64,000 bases of DNA from the human T2T-CHM13v2.0 reference genome, Homo sapiens. The position numbers were made by a program, and so were the translations under genes. The notes under the pieces were generated by a model. The model had not been told where the DNA came from. It did no database searches and saw only the letters and a list, made by a program, of their open reading frames with translations. The stretch is from NCBI RefSeq assembly GCF_009914755.1, contig NC_060926.1. The stretch is one strand, 5' to 3'. Each line of letters begins with the position of its first letter. Within the stretch, counting starts at the first letter, position 1. Below are positions 60,688 to 64,000 of the stretch, one piece after another.

Positions 60688-60862
60688 CCATCTCCTCAGG
60701 TGGAGCAGAGCTACCTGGCCCTGTTCTGTACACATGCCTCCCAGCTACACGACCACGTCCAGGACCTGGTGCTAGCTGTCCTGGTGAGGGGGCCTGGGGT
60801 GGTGGAGGCTAGGTCACTTGGGGCCCTGAGCTGGGGACATGTGTGGTCCTTGATGTGACACA
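60688..60862 (+). repeat. Intragenic duplicate of MFSD2B exon 9 and flanks (copy of 63119-63293); exon-like part 60700-60783
   Basis: Base-by-base comparison: 175 bp, 4 mismatches (60719, 60764, 60771, 60775), offset 2431; AG/GT sites retained. Confidence 0.97.
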
Positions 60863-61239
60863 AGGGTTGGGGAAGGGAAAGTATCAAGGAGTGGGGAGCA
60901 GGAGGCTGAGAACCCATGCCCAGGGGGCAGAGCCTCATGTGAGCAGAGACTGGATGCTCTTGGTGGCTCACAACCCACTGTCCCATCAGATTTCACTTAC
61001 AAAATTGAAATCCATTATAAAATTATTAAGAATCTCAAGACAGCAACAGCAGAGCATTGAACCCCAGAGGCAGTGCCCTCCAGAGCATGAGGCCCAGGGC
61101 GGTTGCACAGGATGAGTGCCCTGCCCCACCCTGCGCCCTCCCTCTCCTCCCCTCCCCAGAGGCAGCCTCTGTCCCGAACTGGCTGTGACTCTCGTGCATG
61201 TCTTTATAGGCATTTTAATGCATATGTATTCTTCTCTGA

Positions 61240-61577
<338 letters not shown>

Positions 61578-61613
61578 TAATTTTTTATTTTTATTTTTTA
61601 TTTTTCCTTTTGA

Positions 61614-61718
<105 letters not shown>

Positions 61719-61761
61719 TGAGTAGCTAGGATGACAGGCACCCGCCACCACACCCAGCTAA

Positions 61762-61908
<147 letters not shown>

Positions 61909-62345
61909 TAATCTGAGTCACCATGCATCTCACCGTGCTGTAACCACCTGCTCCTGGATCTGTCTTCCTCCCCACACTCTGAGCCCTGTGGATGGACAGG
62001 GCTCACTTATTCATCATTGGAGCCTCAGGGCCTGGCATGCGGAAGGCAGCAGCAGTCAATGTTTGCTTCATAGAATGTGGGAAGGAGCACTTTGGCTCCT
62101 GGGGCATGTGTCCTCTTTGCCATGCAGGGAACACAGGGTCAGCAGAGGGGGTGTGTGGAAGGACCAGCCCGGGCCCGGAGAGCATGCTGTCCTGTGGGGT
62201 GATTGGGAGGTGGGGACCCAGCGTCCTGGGCTTGGGTTGTGCCTCCCTCCGCTCCCACTGGGAGGCAGTACTGCCCTGCCCCTCCGGTGTCACCACCTCC
62301 AGGGGTTGAAGACATCACCCATCCCAGTCCTGTCCTGTCCCACAG

Positions 62346-62436
62346 GCCCATCTCTACTGCATTGCGGCTGCCGTGGTTGTAGTGACTTACCCCGTGTGCA
62401 TCAGTTTACTGTGCCTAGGGGTGAAGGAGCGGCCAG
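62346..62436 (+). CDS. MFSD2B: MFSD2B exon 7 [30 protein letters not shown]
   Basis: CCCACAG acceptor, GTATGG donor; 91 nt; TM helix ending in GVKE, typical of the family. Confidence 0.94.
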
Positions 62437-62546
62437 GTATGGGGTTTGGTGAGGAGGGAAGCAGAAGCTGGGGGCAGGGCTCTGCTTGGGGGCAGGTTTT
62501 GCTTTTGAACTCTGCGAAGCCAAGGTGACACGCTTCTGCGTTGCAG

Positions 62547-62668
62547 ACCCCTCTGCCCCAGCCTCAGGCCCAGGCTTGAGTTTCCTGGCTGGGCTGAGCC
62601 TCACTACCCGGCACCCACCCTACCTGAAGCTGGTGATCTCCTTCCTGTTCATCTCTGCTGCTGTTCAG
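62547..62668 (+). CDS. MFSD2B: MFSD2B exon 8 (D)[12 protein letters not shown]...[19 protein letters not shown]
   Basis: TTGCAG acceptor, GTACCT donor; 122 nt, phase 1 to 0. Confidence 0.94.
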
Positions 62669-63130
62669 GTACCTCTGGCCAGCTGCCCCCGACAGGCTTG
62701 GTGCTGGCCATGCTGACCTTGCATAGGTTCAGGGTGCAGTCTTGGCTTGAGTTTTATAGGGAGAAACCTGCGGCTGGCACATGGCTCAGAGGGGCTGGTG
62801 CCGGGAGGGAGATCCCGGTAGGGCTTGTGGGAATGGAGGGCCAGGGCCTGGGCACTAGGAGGCTGACAATGTCTGGGCGGTTTCCTCTCACATTACCTGA
62901 AGTGTAGTCAAGTCCACCTGATCACAGCTGAGCAGGTGATGAGGGTGGCCTAGGAGTGGTGTTTGTATCTGTGTTGGGGATAAGTGTCCTTTGTGGGGGA
63001 AGGGACTGTATGATGGTAGCAGCAAGCCAAGGTCCCAATGGAGATGCCAGACTCCAGACCCTGTCCTTGCCCTTGACTTCTGAGCTCCTGCCATGCCCTG
63101 CACATACCCACTTCCTGTCCATCTCCTCAG

Positions 63131-63214
63131 GTGGAGCAGAGCTACCTGGTCCTGTTCTGTACACATGCCTCCCAGCTACACGACCACGTCCAGGGCCTGG
63201 TACTAACTGTCCTG
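63131..63214 (+). CDS. MFSD2B: MFSD2B exon 9 [28 protein letters not shown]
   Basis: CTCCTCAG acceptor, GTGAGG donor; 84 nt, phase 0-0; colinear between exons 8 and 10. Confidence 0.94.
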
Positions 63215-63519
63215 GTGAGGGGGCCTGGGGTGGTGGAGGCTAGGTCACTTGGGGCCCTGAGCTGGGGACATGTGTGGTCCTTGATGTGACACATATGGCC
63301 AGAGTTCTGGTGGTCAACATTTTGGACTTTGCTTTGGTCTTGGTCACCTGCATTCCAGCAGAGGGTAGAATTGGGGCCAGGATTACAACATTCATAGCCA
63401 CCGGTTTGAACCAGGGGCAAGGCCAAGGTCAGGCATCCAATCTAAAAGCCAAGGCCTTGGGGTCCCAGGCAAAGGCGCTGGCAGCACGGCCCTGGCGTGA
63501 CGATGCTGTCTGCTCACAG

Positions 63520-63600
63520 GTCTCAGCCGTGCTGAGCACCCCGCTGTGGGAGTGGGTTCTCCAGCGCTTTGGGAAGAAGACGTCAGCCTTTGGGATCTTT
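63520..63600 (+). CDS. MFSD2B: MFSD2B exon 10 [27 protein letters not shown]
   Basis: CTCACAG acceptor, GTGAGT donor; 81 nt; PxW...RFGKK MFS loop motif. Confidence 0.96.
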
Positions 63601-63827
63601 GTGAGTGAGGCGGGAATCAAGGATTGGGGGTGGCCGGAGGGGAGAGGTGAGCGAGGTGACCTTGGTGCCTGAGCCTCCTGGGGCCAGCAGGGGTGGATCT
63701 GTGTTCCCTTGAGTCTTTAGGGCCTAGCACAGGGCAAGGCATGGGGGTCGTCAGTCGAGTCGTGTGTGAAGGAGCAGGCCCCACGAAGAAGCAGGTGGCG
63801 GGACAGCTGGTGTGTGTGTCTCCCCAG

Positions 63828-63937
63828 GCGATGGTGCCCTTTGCGATCTTGCTGGCTGCTGTGCCCACAGCACCTGTGGCATATGTCGTGGCCTTTGTAT
63901 CTGGCGTGAGCATTGCTGTGTCCTTGCTGCTACCCTG
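63828..63937 (+). CDS. MFSD2B: MFSD2B exon 11 [36 protein letters not shown](W); gene continues beyond window
   Basis: TCCCCAG acceptor, GTAGGC donor at 63938; 110 nt; LLPW motif. Confidence 0.94.
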
Positions 63938-64000
63938 GTAGGCTGGGTGTGGGGGCCTCACGTGTGTCCACAGTGGGTGTCACCTCCTTCATGTAAACCT

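Overview
Human (primate) genomic DNA, recognised from the translated exons as the UBXN2A-MFSD2B locus (chr2p23 from memory). Positions 1 to ~50.3 kb are AT-rich and very Alu-dense (about 90 Alu/FLAM copies or fragments by eye across the window). This part carries the last five coding exons of UBXN2A on + (SEP+UBX p97/VCP cofactor; 739 coding nt ending at TGA 40562-40564; the start-codon exon is upstream of the window) and its 3' UTR. A solo ERV1 LTR and a CpG island (~50.4-51.5 kb) precede MFSD2B on + (MFS sphingosine-1-phosphate exporter of red cells and platelets); coding exons 1-11 are present with consistent GT-AG sites and phases, and the gene runs off the right edge. The most unusual part is MFSD2B intron 6, which holds two items. 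(i) A 175-bp near-identical copy of exon 9 plus flanks, with both splice sites intact and frame-compatible. (ii) A TSD-flanked, sense-oriented retrocopy of what I recognise as the HMGA1 3'-UTR end, carrying an ATTAAA signal; intron 6 also continues the reading frame for 61 codons past exon 6. Other points: two 7SL pseudogenes, a probable Alu-junction gene-conversion tract, near-zero-spacer inverted Alus downstream of the UBXN2A stop, and a RUNX/ETS/double-GATA cluster plus a MARE in MFSD2B intron 1. Almost all ORFs in the supplied track are Alu- or GC-derived noise. Repeat subfamily names and gene identities come from recall, not database searches; repeat boundaries are approximate.
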